DNA from: Chloroflexota bacterium
GTDB lineage: Bacteria; Chloroflexota; Anaerolineae; UBA1429
Assembly (NCBI GenBank): GCA_019873625.1
Contig: JAIOAW010000006.1
Location: 13,252 to 77,251 of the forward strand
Length of the DNA: 64,000 nt
Direction: 5' to 3'
Part shown: positions 1 through 13,624 of the stretch, piece by piece
How positions within the stretch are numbered: position 1 is the stretch's first letter
How the letters are laid out: every line of letters starts with the position of its first letter
The notes under the pieces: generated by a model
The model's database searches: none
Seen by the model: the letters and a program-made list of their open reading frames with translations, nothing else
Told to the model about the DNA's origin: nothing
Program-made: the position numbers and the translations under genes

Positions 1-187
1 AAACGACCGCCCGCTGGACCTCGGGCTAGCCATTCCGCTCTGTTAAAGAAAACAGGGTGTGAAAGGTGCGCTCTCGAGTACTTTCTATGGAATAGGCGTA
101 GCGACCGGCGTATGCCCCGCAAAAAGGGGCACACGGCCCGGCGGCCCGCCCTGGGTAACTATGACCTGGCGACCGCGTTTTTCAAAA

Positions 188-1267
188 TCACTCTTCGTCG
201 AGCGCCTCGGTGCTGACCTCATCGGCCACCGGAACAAACGGCTGCGGCGGCGCGCTCACAACGTAGGCCGGCTTGGGCTTCAGCCCCACGGCCAGGCGAA
301 CCTTGTTCTCGATCTCATCCGCCAAGGCGGGGTTCGCCCGCAAGAAGGCCTTAGCATTCTCGCGGCCCTGGCCAAGGCGCGTATCACCATAGGAGTAGAA
401 GGAGCCGCGCTTTTCGATGACGCCGACCTCCGTGCCTACGTCGAGGATGCTCCCCTCTTTGGAGATGCCCTGGTCGAACATAATGTCGAACTCGGCCACT
501 TTGAAGGGCGGCGCGACCTTGTTCTTTTTGACCCGCGCGCGGATGCGGTTGCCGATGACCTCCGTCTTTTGTTTGATGGCCTCCGCCTTGCGCAGGTCCA
601 GCCGGACGGCCGCATAGAACTTGAGCGCGTTGCCGCCGGTGGTCGTCTCAGGGTTCCCAAAGAGGACGCCGATCTTCATCCGCAGTTGGTTTGTAAAGAT
701 GACGGCCGTGTTGCTCCGCTTGATGGCCCCCGTCAACTTGCGCAGGGCTTGAGACATCAACCGCGCCTGCAGGCCCATATGGGCATCTCCCATTTCGCCT
801 TCGATCTCGGCCTGGGGCACGAGCGCCGCCACGGAGTCAATCACGATGACATCCACTGCGCCGCTGCGCACCAGGGCCTCGGTGATCTCCAGGCCCTGTT
901 CGCCCGTATCGGGCTGGGAGATGTACAGTTCATCAATGTTCACGCCGCACTTTTGGGCATAGGCGGGGTCCAGGGCATGCTCGACGTCAATAAACGCGGC
1001 GATGCCGCCCATCTTTTGGCACTCGGCGATGATGTGCTGGCACAGCGTCGTCTTGCCGGAGGATTCCGGCCCGTAAATCTCGGTGATGCGCCCCCGGGGA
1101 ATCCCTCCAATCCCCAAGGCGATATCCAGGGCCAGGCAGCCCGTAGGAATTGCTTCCACATCCAGGCTGGTGGCGTCTCCCAATTTCATAATTGCGCCAT
1201 CGCCATACCGTTTGCGGATTTGCGCGATGGTGGTATCGAGCGCCTTTTCTTTGCCGATTTCCGTCAT
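188..1267 (-). CDS. recA: Recombinase RecA
   Basis: ORF 188..1330(-) translates to [31 protein letters not shown]...[10 protein letters not shown] (Walker A)...; start trimmed to the internal ATG at 1267 (canonical RecA N-terminus MTEIGKEK). Confidence 0.95.
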   Translation of the reverse strand: MTEIGKEKALDTTIAQIRKRYGDGAIMKLGDATSLDVEAIPTGCLALDIALGIGGIPRGRITEIYGPESSGKTTLCQHIIAECQKMGGIAAFIDVEHALDPAYAQKCGVNIDELYISQPDTGEQGLEITEALVRSGAVDVIVIDSVAALVPQAEIEGEMGDAHMGLQARLMSQALRKLTGAIKRSNTAVIFTNQLRMKIGVLFGNPETTTGGNALKFYAAVRLDLRKAEAIKQKTEVIGNRIRARVKKNKVAPPFKVAEFDIMFDQGISKEGSILDVGTEVGVIEKRGSFYSYGDTRLGQGRENAKAFLRANPALADEIENKVRLAVGLKPKPAYVVSAPPQPFVPVADEVSTEALDEE

Positions 1268-1406
1268 GGTAAACCCCTCATCAGGCTCTGCCCACACCTC
1301 TAGTTTACAAGAAATGGTTAAAGAACGCAAGTATTTTGTTCCGCCCTATACGTTCGGTCAACTTGCGCCGGTTGACAAGCCCCCTCCTTTGGGCAAAAAT
1401 CGCGCT

Positions 1407-2264
1407 ATGCCCATTTTGGATTGTCATACGCACATCCTGCCGGCGGAGATCATCGTCCAACGGGAGCGGCTCCTCGTGCGCGAGCCGTGGTTTGGCCTCC
1501 TCTATGCCAACCCCAAGAATCGTTTGGCGATGCTTCCGGACCTCCTCGCCGCGATGGATGAGGCCGGCGTGAGCCAGGCGGTGGCCTTTGGGTTCGCCTT
1601 TGTGGATATGGGCCTGTGCCGTTTGGCCAACGAGTATGTGCTTGAGGCGGCGCGCTCGAGCGGCGGATGCCTTATCCCTTTTGCCGTGGTGAACCCCGCG
1701 GCGGGCGAGGAGGCCATCCGCGAGGCGCGGCGTTGCCTCGAGCAGGGGGCGCGGGGCCTGGGCGAGTTGATGCCGGATGGGCAGGGGTTTTCGCTCGAGG
1801 GCGACGCGCTGGATGGCCTCGCGGCCCTGGCGCGCGCCTACGGTGCGCCGATGCTCCTCCATGTGAACGAGCCGGTGGGCCACGCCTACGCGGGCAAGGG
1901 CACCCAAGGCCCCAAAGAGGCCTATGCGCTCGCCGTGCGCCACCCGGAAAATACCTTTCTCCTGGCGCATTGGGGCGGGGGCCTGCCTTTTTACGAATTG
2001 ATGCCTGAGGTCAAAGGGGCCTTATCGCGCGTCTATTATGATACGGCGGCCTCGCCGTATTTGTATGAGGATGCCATCTACCGGCACGTGGGCGGGTGGG
2101 CTGCCTCCAAAATCCTCTTTGGGAGCGACTTCCCCCTCCTCACGCCGAGCCGTTGCCTGAGGCGCGTGCGCCGGCTGGGGTTGAGCGCCGAGGTCGAGGC
2201 CCAAATCCTCTATGGGAATGCGGCGCGGCTCTTGGGTTTAGGCGATATGTCGAAAGGGAGGTGA
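1407..2264 (+). CDS. Amidohydrolase-family (TIM-barrel metal-dependent hydrolase) protein
   Basis: MPILDCHTHILPAE... N-terminal D-x-H-x-H metal-binding motif typical of the amidohydrolase_2 family; start chosen at ATG 1407 within the longer ORF 1083..2264; 6 nt upstream of thpR (operon). Confidence 0.7.
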   Translation: MPILDCHTHILPAEIIVQRERLLVREPWFGLLYANPKNRLAMLPDLLAAMDEAGVSQAVAFGFAFVDMGLCRLANEYVLEAARSSGGCLIPFAVVNPAAGEEAIREARRCLEQGARGLGELMPDGQGFSLEGDALDGLAALARAYGAPMLLHVNEPVGHAYAGKGTQGPKEAYALAVRHPENTFLLAHWGGGLPFYELMPEVKGALSRVYYDTAASPYLYEDAIYRHVGGWAASKILFGSDFPLLTPSRCLRRVRRLGLSAEVEAQILYGNAARLLGLGDMSKGR

Positions 2265-2270
2265 AGGCCT

Positions 2271-2858
2271 ATGGCAGAGGCGATGCGCACGTTTATCGCC
2301 ATCGTGTTGAGCCAAGAGGTGCACAAAGCCCTGGGCGACCTCATCGGCCGCCTGCGCGCCGGCCCTGGCGGCGAGGCGGGGCGATGGGTTCGGCCGGAGA
2401 GCATCCACCTCACGCTCAAATTCTTGGGAGATGTGCCCTCGACGAAACTCGAGGCCGTGTATGCCGCCGTTCAGCGCGCCTGCGCCACAGTGCCCCCTTT
2501 TGAGATGATGGTGGAGGGGGTGGGGTGCTTCCCCAACGCGCGGCGGCCCCGCGTGGTGTGGGCCGGCGTGCGCGAGGAAACGGGCCGCCTCGAGGCGCTC
2601 CAAAGGGCCGTGGAGCGCGAGGCGGCCAAAGAGGGCTTTGCGCCGGAGGATCGCGCTTTCACGCCCCATCTGACCCTAGCCCGCATCAAAGACCGCGCCG
2701 ATCGCGCCGAGATTGAGGCCTTGGGCAGGGCGGTCTCTCAAGAGCAGTTCGCCCTTGCGGCGCCCGTGCGGGTGGAAGAGGTGTATGTGATGAAAAGCGA
2801 CCTACGCCCCGAAGGGGCCATCTACACCCCCCTCTTTCGCGCCCCCCTGGCGGGCTAG
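2271..2858 (+). CDS. thpR: RNA 2',3'-cyclic phosphodiesterase (2H phosphoesterase, LigT/ThpR family)
   Basis: Two H-x-T-x motifs (HLTLKFLG and HLTLARI) separated by ~90 aa, ~195 aa length. Confidence 0.8.
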   Translation: MAEAMRTFIAIVLSQEVHKALGDLIGRLRAGPGGEAGRWVRPESIHLTLKFLGDVPSTKLEAVYAAVQRACATVPPFEMMVEGVGCFPNARRPRVVWAGVREETGRLEALQRAVEREAAKEGFAPEDRAFTPHLTLARIKDRADRAEIEALGRAVSQEQFALAAPVRVEEVYVMKSDLRPEGAIYTPLFRAPLAG

Positions 2859-2940
2859 GCCAGCCATAGGGCAAAACACCCTCCCGCAGGTTCAAAACCT
2901 GAGATATGGAGCGCGGATGCTGAAGCAAGGCTTCAGCACT

Positions 2941-2976
2941 CCATAAAAGAAAGGAGCGCGGGCCTCCCGGCCCGCG
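2941..2976 (-). terminator. Candidate intrinsic terminator for the rlmI-like gene
   Basis: 8-bp GC stem (gcgcgggcc tccc ggcccgcg) followed on the minus strand by a T-rich run (CTCCTTTCTTTTATGG); lies in the convergent thpR/rlmI intergenic region. Confidence 0.45.
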
Positions 2977-3053
2977 TGCGCCGAACGGCGCCTTAATTGC
3001 GATGGTGATGGGAGGCCTAACGACCTCCCCGCGAGGCAGGCGCCTCGCAACCC

Positions 3054-4241
3054 CTATTCCACGCGGCAGATGAACCCTTTGAGATACGCCCCTTCGGGGA
3101 AGGCGAGGGAGACGGGATGATCCGGCGCTTGGGTGAGCCGCTCCAGGATGCGCACCTCGCGCCCAGCATCCAGGCTCGCGCCAAAGAGGATTTTCTGAAA
3201 GAGATCCTCGCTCACCAGGCCCGAACAGGAGAAGGTGCACAGGATCCCCCCTGGGCGCAAAAGTTTCATCGCCAGGAGGTTGATATCCTTGTAACCGCGC
3301 GTGGCGGCCATAAGCTGGGCGCGGCTGAAGGCGAATTTCGGCGGATCTAGGATGATCAAATCAAACGCACGCCCCTCATCTCGCCAGGCGCGGAGGACGC
3401 GGAAGGCATCTCCCTCGACGGATTCCACCGCCTCCGCCGGCAGGCCGTTGAGGGCAATATGCTCGGCGGCGGCGCGCAGGGCCTCGGCGGAACTATCGAG
3501 GTTGACCACGCGGCGCGCCCCGTGGCGCAGGGCATACGCGGCAAAGGCCCCCGTGTAGGAAAAGGCGTTAAGCACCTCGCGCCCCGCACAATAAGGCGCC
3601 ACGCGTCGGCGGTTGACGCGCTGGTCGAGGTAGAACCCCGTCTTGTGGCCGCGATAGAGGTCCACCCAAAAGCGCAACCCGCATTCGTCAATCTCGACCC
3701 TTTCCGGCGGCGGCTCGCCCCACAGGAGGCCCGTCGCCTCCGGCAGGCCCTCTTGGGCGCGCACGTCCACATCGCTCCGCTCATAGATGCCGCGCGGCCG
3801 GAGGAGTTCCCTCAGGAGTTCGGCCAGCAAAGCCTTGCGGCGATCCATCCCCAAGGTGAGGGCCTGGAGGACGAGAAAATCGCCGTAGCGATCCACGATC
3901 AGCCCCGGCAGGCCGTCCGATTCGGCATAGACGAGCCGTTCGGCCGAATGTTCGGCCGCGTCGGGCAGGGCCTCGCGCCGCCGGAGGGAGGCCTCTAGGC
4001 GCCCGCGCCAGAAGGTGGCCTCTATTCCCTCTGAAGGGTCAAAGGTCAGGATGCGCAGGGTGATCTGCGAACGGGGATTGTAATCGGCCAGGGCAAGCGG
4101 CTGGCCAGCGTGGTCGGCCACCGCGACGACTTCGCCCGGCTGGGGAGGGCCTTCGAGGCGGCCAATGGCCCCGCTAAAGACCCAGGGGTGGCGGTTCAGC
4201 ACCGATTTTTCGCGCCCCGGCTTGAGGAGGATACGCTTCAT
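3054..4241 (-). CDS. Class I SAM-dependent rRNA methyltransferase, RlmI/RlmK-like (PUA + MTase)
   Basis: MKRILLKPGREKSVLNRHPWVFSGAIG N-terminus (PUA-like); ...FSYTGAFAAYA...ILDPPKF MTase motifs; start trimmed to the ATG at 4241, which overlaps the tilS stop by 4 nt. Confidence 0.75.
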   Translation of the reverse strand: MKRILLKPGREKSVLNRHPWVFSGAIGRLEGPPQPGEVVAVADHAGQPLALADYNPRSQITLRILTFDPSEGIEATFWRGRLEASLRRREALPDAAEHSAERLVYAESDGLPGLIVDRYGDFLVLQALTLGMDRRKALLAELLRELLRPRGIYERSDVDVRAQEGLPEATGLLWGEPPPERVEIDECGLRFWVDLYRGHKTGFYLDQRVNRRRVAPYCAGREVLNAFSYTGAFAAYALRHGARRVVNLDSSAEALRAAAEHIALNGLPAEAVESVEGDAFRVLRAWRDEGRAFDLIILDPPKFAFSRAQLMAATRGYKDINLLAMKLLRPGGILCTFSCSGLVSEDLFQKILFGASLDAGREVRILERLTQAPDHPVSLAFPEGAYLKGFICRVE

Positions 4242-5725
4242 AGGTCGTCTCCCTCGCCCTCGGGGGGCCTCCGTTCGAAGCGCACGGTGAGGATGCGGCG
4301 CGTCTCGGGCCGCACGGCAAAGCGCGCATCGAGCCGGTAGCCCACTACCCAAACGACCTCCTCTCCGCAGAGGAGGAGCGGCACGCTATCGCGCAGGGCG
4401 CGGGGGATTTTGAGGTTCGTCATCAGGTCGCCCACCTTTTGGCGGTGCCCCAGGCCCAAGGGGATAAGCCAATCTCCCTCTCGGCGGGGCCGGAGCAGGA
4501 GCGGGCCGCGCAGGGTTTCTGCATCGAAATAGCCCGTCAAGGGGTCCGCGTTGTTCGCCCAGGCCTCGGCGAGGGCCTCTCGCGGGGAAAGCACCGTGCG
4601 CACGGCCCAACCGCCCGTGGGGAGGGGCGTTTCCCCTTCGAGGGGTAGGGGCAAAGGCCCCCATACTTGCGGGTGGCGCGGGTCCACCCAGCGATGGTCG
4701 GCGGAGGAGATGGTCAGCGCGCCGTAGCCGAGGGTGAGCATCAGCCCCTGTGGCAAAGTCGCCTGGGCGCCCGTGGCCCCCTCGCAGGCCACCTGCACGG
4801 CATTTTCGATGTGCACCCAGTTGATATTGCGCAGCGACCGCCGCAAGCGGTGCACCGCCTCGCGCAAGAGCGAACGCTGCAGGGCCAGGGGCTGGGCGCG
4901 GAAGGCCGCCAAATCAAAGACGATGGCCCCAGGCGATTCCTCGCGCACCAGGCGCCCCCAAGCCTCTTCCACTATCGCCCGCAGAAGGTCATAATCGGCG
5001 GCGATGACCTCCGCGGTGCGCCAAAGGACCTGGCGGATGTTGGGGTTGTACATCTCCAAGATGGGCAAGAGTTCGTGGCGCAAACGGTTGCGGTAAAAGG
5101 TCGTATCCAAGTTCGAAAGGTCAAAGCGATATGGAAGGCTCTGTGCCTGGCAGTAGGCGAGGATCTCTTGGCGCGAGACGCCCAAGAGAGGGCGGATCAA
5201 ACGCACCTCCTTTGGCGAAATCCCCTCCCCCAGGCGGAGGTCTTCCAAGCGGCTCAAGGGGCGCATCCCCCTCAGCCCCGCCAGGCCCGACCCGCGCAAG
5301 AGGTGCATAAGCACCGTCTCCACCTGGTCATCGGCATGGTGCGCCACGGCCACGGTGCGCCCCCCGAGCGAAGCGGCCAATGCCCCCAAAAAGCGGTAAC
5401 GCGCCTGGCGCGCGGCCTCCTCTAACGCCAGGTGTTGCTGGCGCGCCAAGGCGGGCACATCGGCGCGCTCCACGGTACAGGGGAGGCCCCAATCTCGGCA
5501 GAGGGCCTCCACAAAGGCCGCATCCTCCGCCGATTCCGCGCGGATGCCGTGATCGAGGTGCCCCACGTACAGGCGGATGCCGTACTTCGGCGCCAGCCCT
5601 TTCAGGATGTGCAAAAGGCACAGCGAGTCGGCCCCGCCGGAGACGCCCACGACTACTGTATCTCCCGCCGGCAGAAGGCGCCAGCGGTCAATCGTCTCGC
5701 GCACCGTCCGTTCGAGGTCGCTCAC
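4238..5725 (-). CDS. tilS: tRNA(Ile)-lysidine synthetase
   Basis: PP-loop motif VGVSGGADSLCLLHIL near the N-terminus; 495 aa. Confidence 0.85.
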   Translation of the reverse strand: MSDLERTVRETIDRWRLLPAGDTVVVGVSGGADSLCLLHILKGLAPKYGIRLYVGHLDHGIRAESAEDAAFVEALCRDWGLPCTVERADVPALARQQHLALEEAARQARYRFLGALAASLGGRTVAVAHHADDQVETVLMHLLRGSGLAGLRGMRPLSRLEDLRLGEGISPKEVRLIRPLLGVSRQEILAYCQAQSLPYRFDLSNLDTTFYRNRLRHELLPILEMYNPNIRQVLWRTAEVIAADYDLLRAIVEEAWGRLVREESPGAIVFDLAAFRAQPLALQRSLLREAVHRLRRSLRNINWVHIENAVQVACEGATGAQATLPQGLMLTLGYGALTISSADHRWVDPRHPQVWGPLPLPLEGETPLPTGGWAVRTVLSPREALAEAWANNADPLTGYFDAETLRGPLLLRPRREGDWLIPLGLGHRQKVGDLMTNLKIPRALRDSVPLLLCGEEVVWVVGYRLDARFAVRPETRRILTVRFERRPPEGEGDDL

Positions 5726-5757
5726 TGTGCCTCATTCCCTTGGCCGCCCGTTCCCCG

Positions 5758-10385
<4,628 letters not shown>

Positions 10386-10589
10386 TCGAAAGGGCCTCCT
10401 TTCGGGTTCTCGTTCCATTCTACCCCGTTCGCGCACGTGGGGCAATTGCTATGGGCCGCGCCCTCGCGCCTGCCTCGCACGCGGGCCGGGAGGGGCACGC
10501 CGAGGTTGCGAGGGGAAGTCTATCGGCATAGAATAGGCCCGCCTGATAGCGTATCCATCACCCATCCTTAGCCAAAGCGAGGTGCCATT

Positions 10590-13064
10590 ATGGGGCAAGA
10601 TTTGCGACTCAAGCCGGAGCAATTGCGCCGCAGGTGCGATCCATCCGTCTTTTCGTTCACGTCCACGGCTGAACTCCCGCCCCTGAACCGCGTGTTAGGC
10701 CAATCTCGCGCCGTCCGCTCCATTGATTTCGGCATTGATATGCCCAACTATGGCTACAACATCTTTGCGGTGGGCTATGCCGGCTCAGGGCGCACCACCG
10801 CCGTGCGGCAATTCCTCGACCAGCGCGCCCCCAAGCGCCCTGCGCCGCCCGAGTGGTGCTATGTTTACAACTTTGAGGATCCTCGCCGCCCCAAGGCTAT
10901 CAGCCTGCCGCCGGGGAGGGCCTCCATCCTGCGGGAGCAGATGGCCGCCCTCATCCAGCGCCTGCAGCAGGAGATCCCCCGCGCCTTTGAGGGGCAACCC
11001 TTCGAACAGCGCCGCCGTGAACTCCTGATGAGCCTTCAACAAAAACAGCAGGCCCTGTTCGAAAATCTCGAGCGCTATCTGAACGAACGGGGGTTTGCCC
11101 TCATCCGCTCGCAGATGGGCCTGGGTATCGCCCCTATGCTCAACGGGGAGGTCCTTTCGCCAGAGGCCTATCAGAAGCTCGACCCCGAAATCAAGCGCCG
11201 TTTTGAGGCCTACCGCCCCGAACTCCAAGAGGAGTTCGACAAGGTGATGCGCCAGGTGCGCGAGTTGGACCGCCAAGGCCGCAACGCCATCGAGACGTTG
11301 ACGAACGAGTTGGCCGGCTTCGTGGTGGATACCCTGATGGCCGAACTCCGCGAGCAGTTTCAAGATTGCCCAAACGTCCAGCCCTATCTGGATAGCGTGC
11401 GGCGCGATATTGTCAGCAACGTCCAGCAATTCCTCCCCAGCGCCGACCAAAGCGCCGCCTTACCCTTTATGGGGGCGCTGGAGCGGGGAAGGTGGTTCTC
11501 TCGCTATGCGGTGAACGTCTTGGCCGAAACGCGAGACCGCACCTGTGCGCCCGTGGTCATCGAAGATAACCCCACTTACCACAATCTCATCGGGCGCATC
11601 GAGCATCGCGCCGAATTCGGCACGATGGTTACCGATTTCACGCAGATCCGCGCGGGGGCCTTGCACCGGGCGAACGGTGGCTACCTTGTGGTGGAGGCCA
11701 AGAACCTGCTCGTCAACCCCTTCGCTTGGGATGCCCTCAAGCGCGCCCTCCACAACCGCGAGATCAAGATCGAGGAGATGTCTCAATATTACGGCCTGGT
11801 GGCCACGTCCACCCTCGAGCCGGAACCCATCCCCCTCGATGTGAAGGTGATCCTCATCGGAGATCATCGCCTCTACCAACTCCTCTACCTCTTTGATGAG
11901 GATTTTCGCGAACTGTTCAAGGTGAAGGCCGAGTTTGGCCTGACGATGCCGCGCGATGAGGAGAGCCTGCGCGATTACGCCATCTTTGTGGGAGACCTGT
12001 GCCGCCGCGAGGGCCTGCTGCCCTTTGATGCGGGCGCCGTGGCGCGCCTGGTGGAGGAATCCTCTCGCCTGGTGGATGACCAAGAGAAACTGACCACGCA
12101 CTTTGCCTCCGTGGCCGACCTCATCCGCGAGGCCTCTTTTTGGGCAGGCCGGGCGGGCCGAGGGGTGGTGACGGCGGAGGACGTCCGCCAAGCGGTGGAG
12201 GAGCGCACGGCCCGGCTGGATTTGGCCGTGGAACGCTATGTCGAATCGGTGTTGAAGGGCGTCATCCTCATTGATACAGAGGGGAGCGTCGTCGGCCAGG
12301 TGAACGGCCTTTCGGTGGTGCAATCGGGCGAGTTTGTCTTTGGGTTGCCCTCGCGCATCACGGCGCGCACCTATCTGGGGCGCGCGGCGGTGGTGAGCAT
12401 CGAGCGCGAGGTCAGAATGAGCGGCCCCATTCATGATAAGGGGCAACTCATCCTGGCGGGGTACTTGGCCAGCCGTTTCGCCCAAAAGCACCCCTTGACG
12501 ATGTCGGCCAGTTTGACGTTTGAGCAGTTGTATTCCGGCGTAGAGGGCGATAGCGCCTCATCTACGGAACTGTATGCGCTCCTCTCTAGCCTGGCCGATG
12601 TGCCCATCAAGCAGGGGTTGGCGGTTACGGGGTCTGTGAATCAACTCGGGCAGGTGCAGGCCATCGGCGGCGTGAACGATAAAATCGAGGGGTTCTTCCG
12701 CGTGTGCAAGGCGCGGGGGTTGACGGGCGAACAGGGGGTACTCATCCCGGCGGCGAACGTACGCCACTTGATGCTGCGCGATGAGATCATCGAGGCCGTG
12801 CGCCAGGGCCAGTTTCACATCTATGCGGTCAACACGGTAGAAGAGGGTATCGAGATCCTGACGGGCATACCCGCCGGCGAGCCGGATGAAAACGGCGATT
12901 ACCCGCCCGACACGGTATATGGCCGCGTGCAGGCCAAGTTGGATCGCTATGCGGAACTTATGCGCGCGGAGGGCGAGCGCGCCGCGGAGAGGCCCAAGCC
13001 CCCGGAGGAAGCGCCCACGCCTCCTCCAGCGCCGGGCGAACCCCCCGTGCCCCAACCGAAATAA
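10590..13064 (+). CDS. Lon-related ATP-dependent protease (AAA+ domain + Lon S16 C-terminal proteolytic domain)
   Basis: FAVGYAGSGRTTAV (P-loop) in the N-terminal half; C-terminal ...EGDSASSTELYALLSSLADVPIKQGLAVTGSVNQLGQVQAIGGVNDKIEGFF, typical Lon proteolytic domain with Ser-Lys dyad region. Confidence 0.8.
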   Translation: MGQDLRLKPEQLRRRCDPSVFSFTSTAELPPLNRVLGQSRAVRSIDFGIDMPNYGYNIFAVGYAGSGRTTAVRQFLDQRAPKRPAPPEWCYVYNFEDPRRPKAISLPPGRASILREQMAALIQRLQQEIPRAFEGQPFEQRRRELLMSLQQKQQALFENLERYLNERGFALIRSQMGLGIAPMLNGEVLSPEAYQKLDPEIKRRFEAYRPELQEEFDKVMRQVRELDRQGRNAIETLTNELAGFVVDTLMAELREQFQDCPNVQPYLDSVRRDIVSNVQQFLPSADQSAALPFMGALERGRWFSRYAVNVLAETRDRTCAPVVIEDNPTYHNLIGRIEHRAEFGTMVTDFTQIRAGALHRANGGYLVVEAKNLLVNPFAWDALKRALHNREIKIEEMSQYYGLVATSTLEPEPIPLDVKVILIGDHRLYQLLYLFDEDFRELFKVKAEFGLTMPRDEESLRDYAIFVGDLCRREGLLPFDAGAVARLVEESSRLVDDQEKLTTHFASVADLIREASFWAGRAGRGVVTAEDVRQAVEERTARLDLAVERYVESVLKGVILIDTEGSVVGQVNGLSVVQSGEFVFGLPSRITARTYLGRAAVVSIEREVRMSGPIHDKGQLILAGYLASRFAQKHPLTMSASLTFEQLYSGVEGDSASSTELYALLSSLADVPIKQGLAVTGSVNQLGQVQAIGGVNDKIEGFFRVCKARGLTGEQGVLIPAANVRHLMLRDEIIEAVRQGQFHIYAVNTVEEGIEILTGIPAGEPDENGDYPPDTVYGRVQAKLDRYAELMRAEGERAAERPKPPEEAPTPPPAPGEPPVPQPK

Positions 13065-13069
13065 GACGT

Positions 13070-13101
13070 GAGGGAGCGGTTTATCCGCTCCCTCGCTCTT
13101 T
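13070..13101 (+). terminator. Bidirectional terminator hairpin between the Lon-related gene and the selenoprotein candidate
   Basis: GAGGGAGCGG tttat CCGCTCCCTC (10-bp stem) followed by GCTCTTT; convergent genes on both sides. Confidence 0.5.
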
Positions 13102-13110
13102 AGGGGAATT

Positions 13111-13470
13111 TCAGCCCATCACCGGGCCTTGAAGGGCCTGCTGGGCCTCTAAGGCTTCACGCACGGCTTGGATGACGACAAAGAATTCGAGGCTGCCGGC
13201 GCTTTTGAACTCACCATTGACGAAAAGAAGCGGGTAAACACGGTAGCCCTCTGGGACTTTGGCAAGGAGGTCTTGAAACTGCTCTTTGACCTCGCTTTGG
13301 GCCGCATCATAATAGGCCCAGGTCACCTGGCCATCGTAATAGTGCTCGAGATAGGTGCCGATGATCTCTGCGGTCTCCGCCGAAGACCGCCGCGGCCCTC
13401 AACCCATGCGGCAGCCCACTTCGCCCGCGCTGTTGCCCAAGATAAGCACGTGGACGGTGCCCTTTGCCAT
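13111..13470 (-). CDS. Candidate selenoprotein: YuzD-like (DUF1462) thioredoxin-fold protein with in-frame TGA (Sec) at 13399..13401
   Basis: Track ORFs 13399..13590(-) and 13111..13326(-) are in the same frame, separated only by TGA. Read-through translation: MAKGTVHVLILGNSAGEVGCRMG-U-GPRRSSAETAEIIGTYLEHYYDGQVTWAYYDA...YPLLFVNGEFKSAGS.... The TGA replaces the second Cys of the CxxC-type motif of YuzD-like proteins; a hairpin lies 9 nt downstream of the TGA; AGGAGG lies 6 nt upstream of the ATG at 13470. Confidence 0.6.
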
Positions 13471-13506
13471 ACCGTTCCTCCTGATGGTTTGATACCCTCT
13501 ATGGGT

Positions 13507-13542
13507 ATATGATATCATATCCTTGTAAAGGCCTCGTGTCAA
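13507..13542 (-). promoter_or_regulatory. Near-consensus sigma70 promoter (-35 TTGACA, 17 nt, -10 TATGAT) with perfect 14-bp palindrome ATATGATATCATAT overlapping the -10
   Basis: Minus-strand read: TTGACAcgaggcctttacaaggaTATGATatcatat...AGGAGGaacggtATG; palindrome at 13507..13520. Confidence 0.5.
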
Positions 13543-13595
13543 AAAAAGGCGCGGCGAGGAAAATCCGAAAATTCCCGAAAATGGCCCCAAAAAGG

Positions 13596-13624
13596 TTGTC
13601 TTTTTGTGAAGGGTGTGATATAAT
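13596..13624 (+). promoter_or_regulatory. Sigma70-like promoter for the rhomboid gene (-35 TTGTCT, 17 nt, extended -10 TGaTATAAT)
   Basis: ttgtctttttgtgaagggtgtgatataat, 30 nt upstream of ATG 13654; the region 13471..13653 is AT-rich for this genome. Confidence 0.45.

Noticed and set aside
120-145. Hairpin GCCCC-GCAAAAA-GGGGC downstream of recA
   Set aside because: On the recA (minus) strand the T-run lies inside the loop rather than after the stem, so it is not a canonical intrinsic terminator.
59-1303. 414-aa plus-strand ORF overlapping recA on the opposite strand
   Set aside because: Antisense to a confidently identified recA; low-complexity Arg/Gly/Pro-rich translation typical of spurious ORFs in high-GC DNA.
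1083-1406. Longer N-terminal extension of the amidohydrolase ORF (start at 1083 or 1314)
   Set aside because: It would overlap the recA coding region/promoter; the conserved MPILDCHTH N-terminus begins at ATG 1407.
2880-2900. tRNA-like T-arm (CAGG-TTCAAAA-CCTG)
   Set aside because: No D-arm, acceptor stem or anticodon arm with U33 in the flanking sequence; not a tRNA gene.
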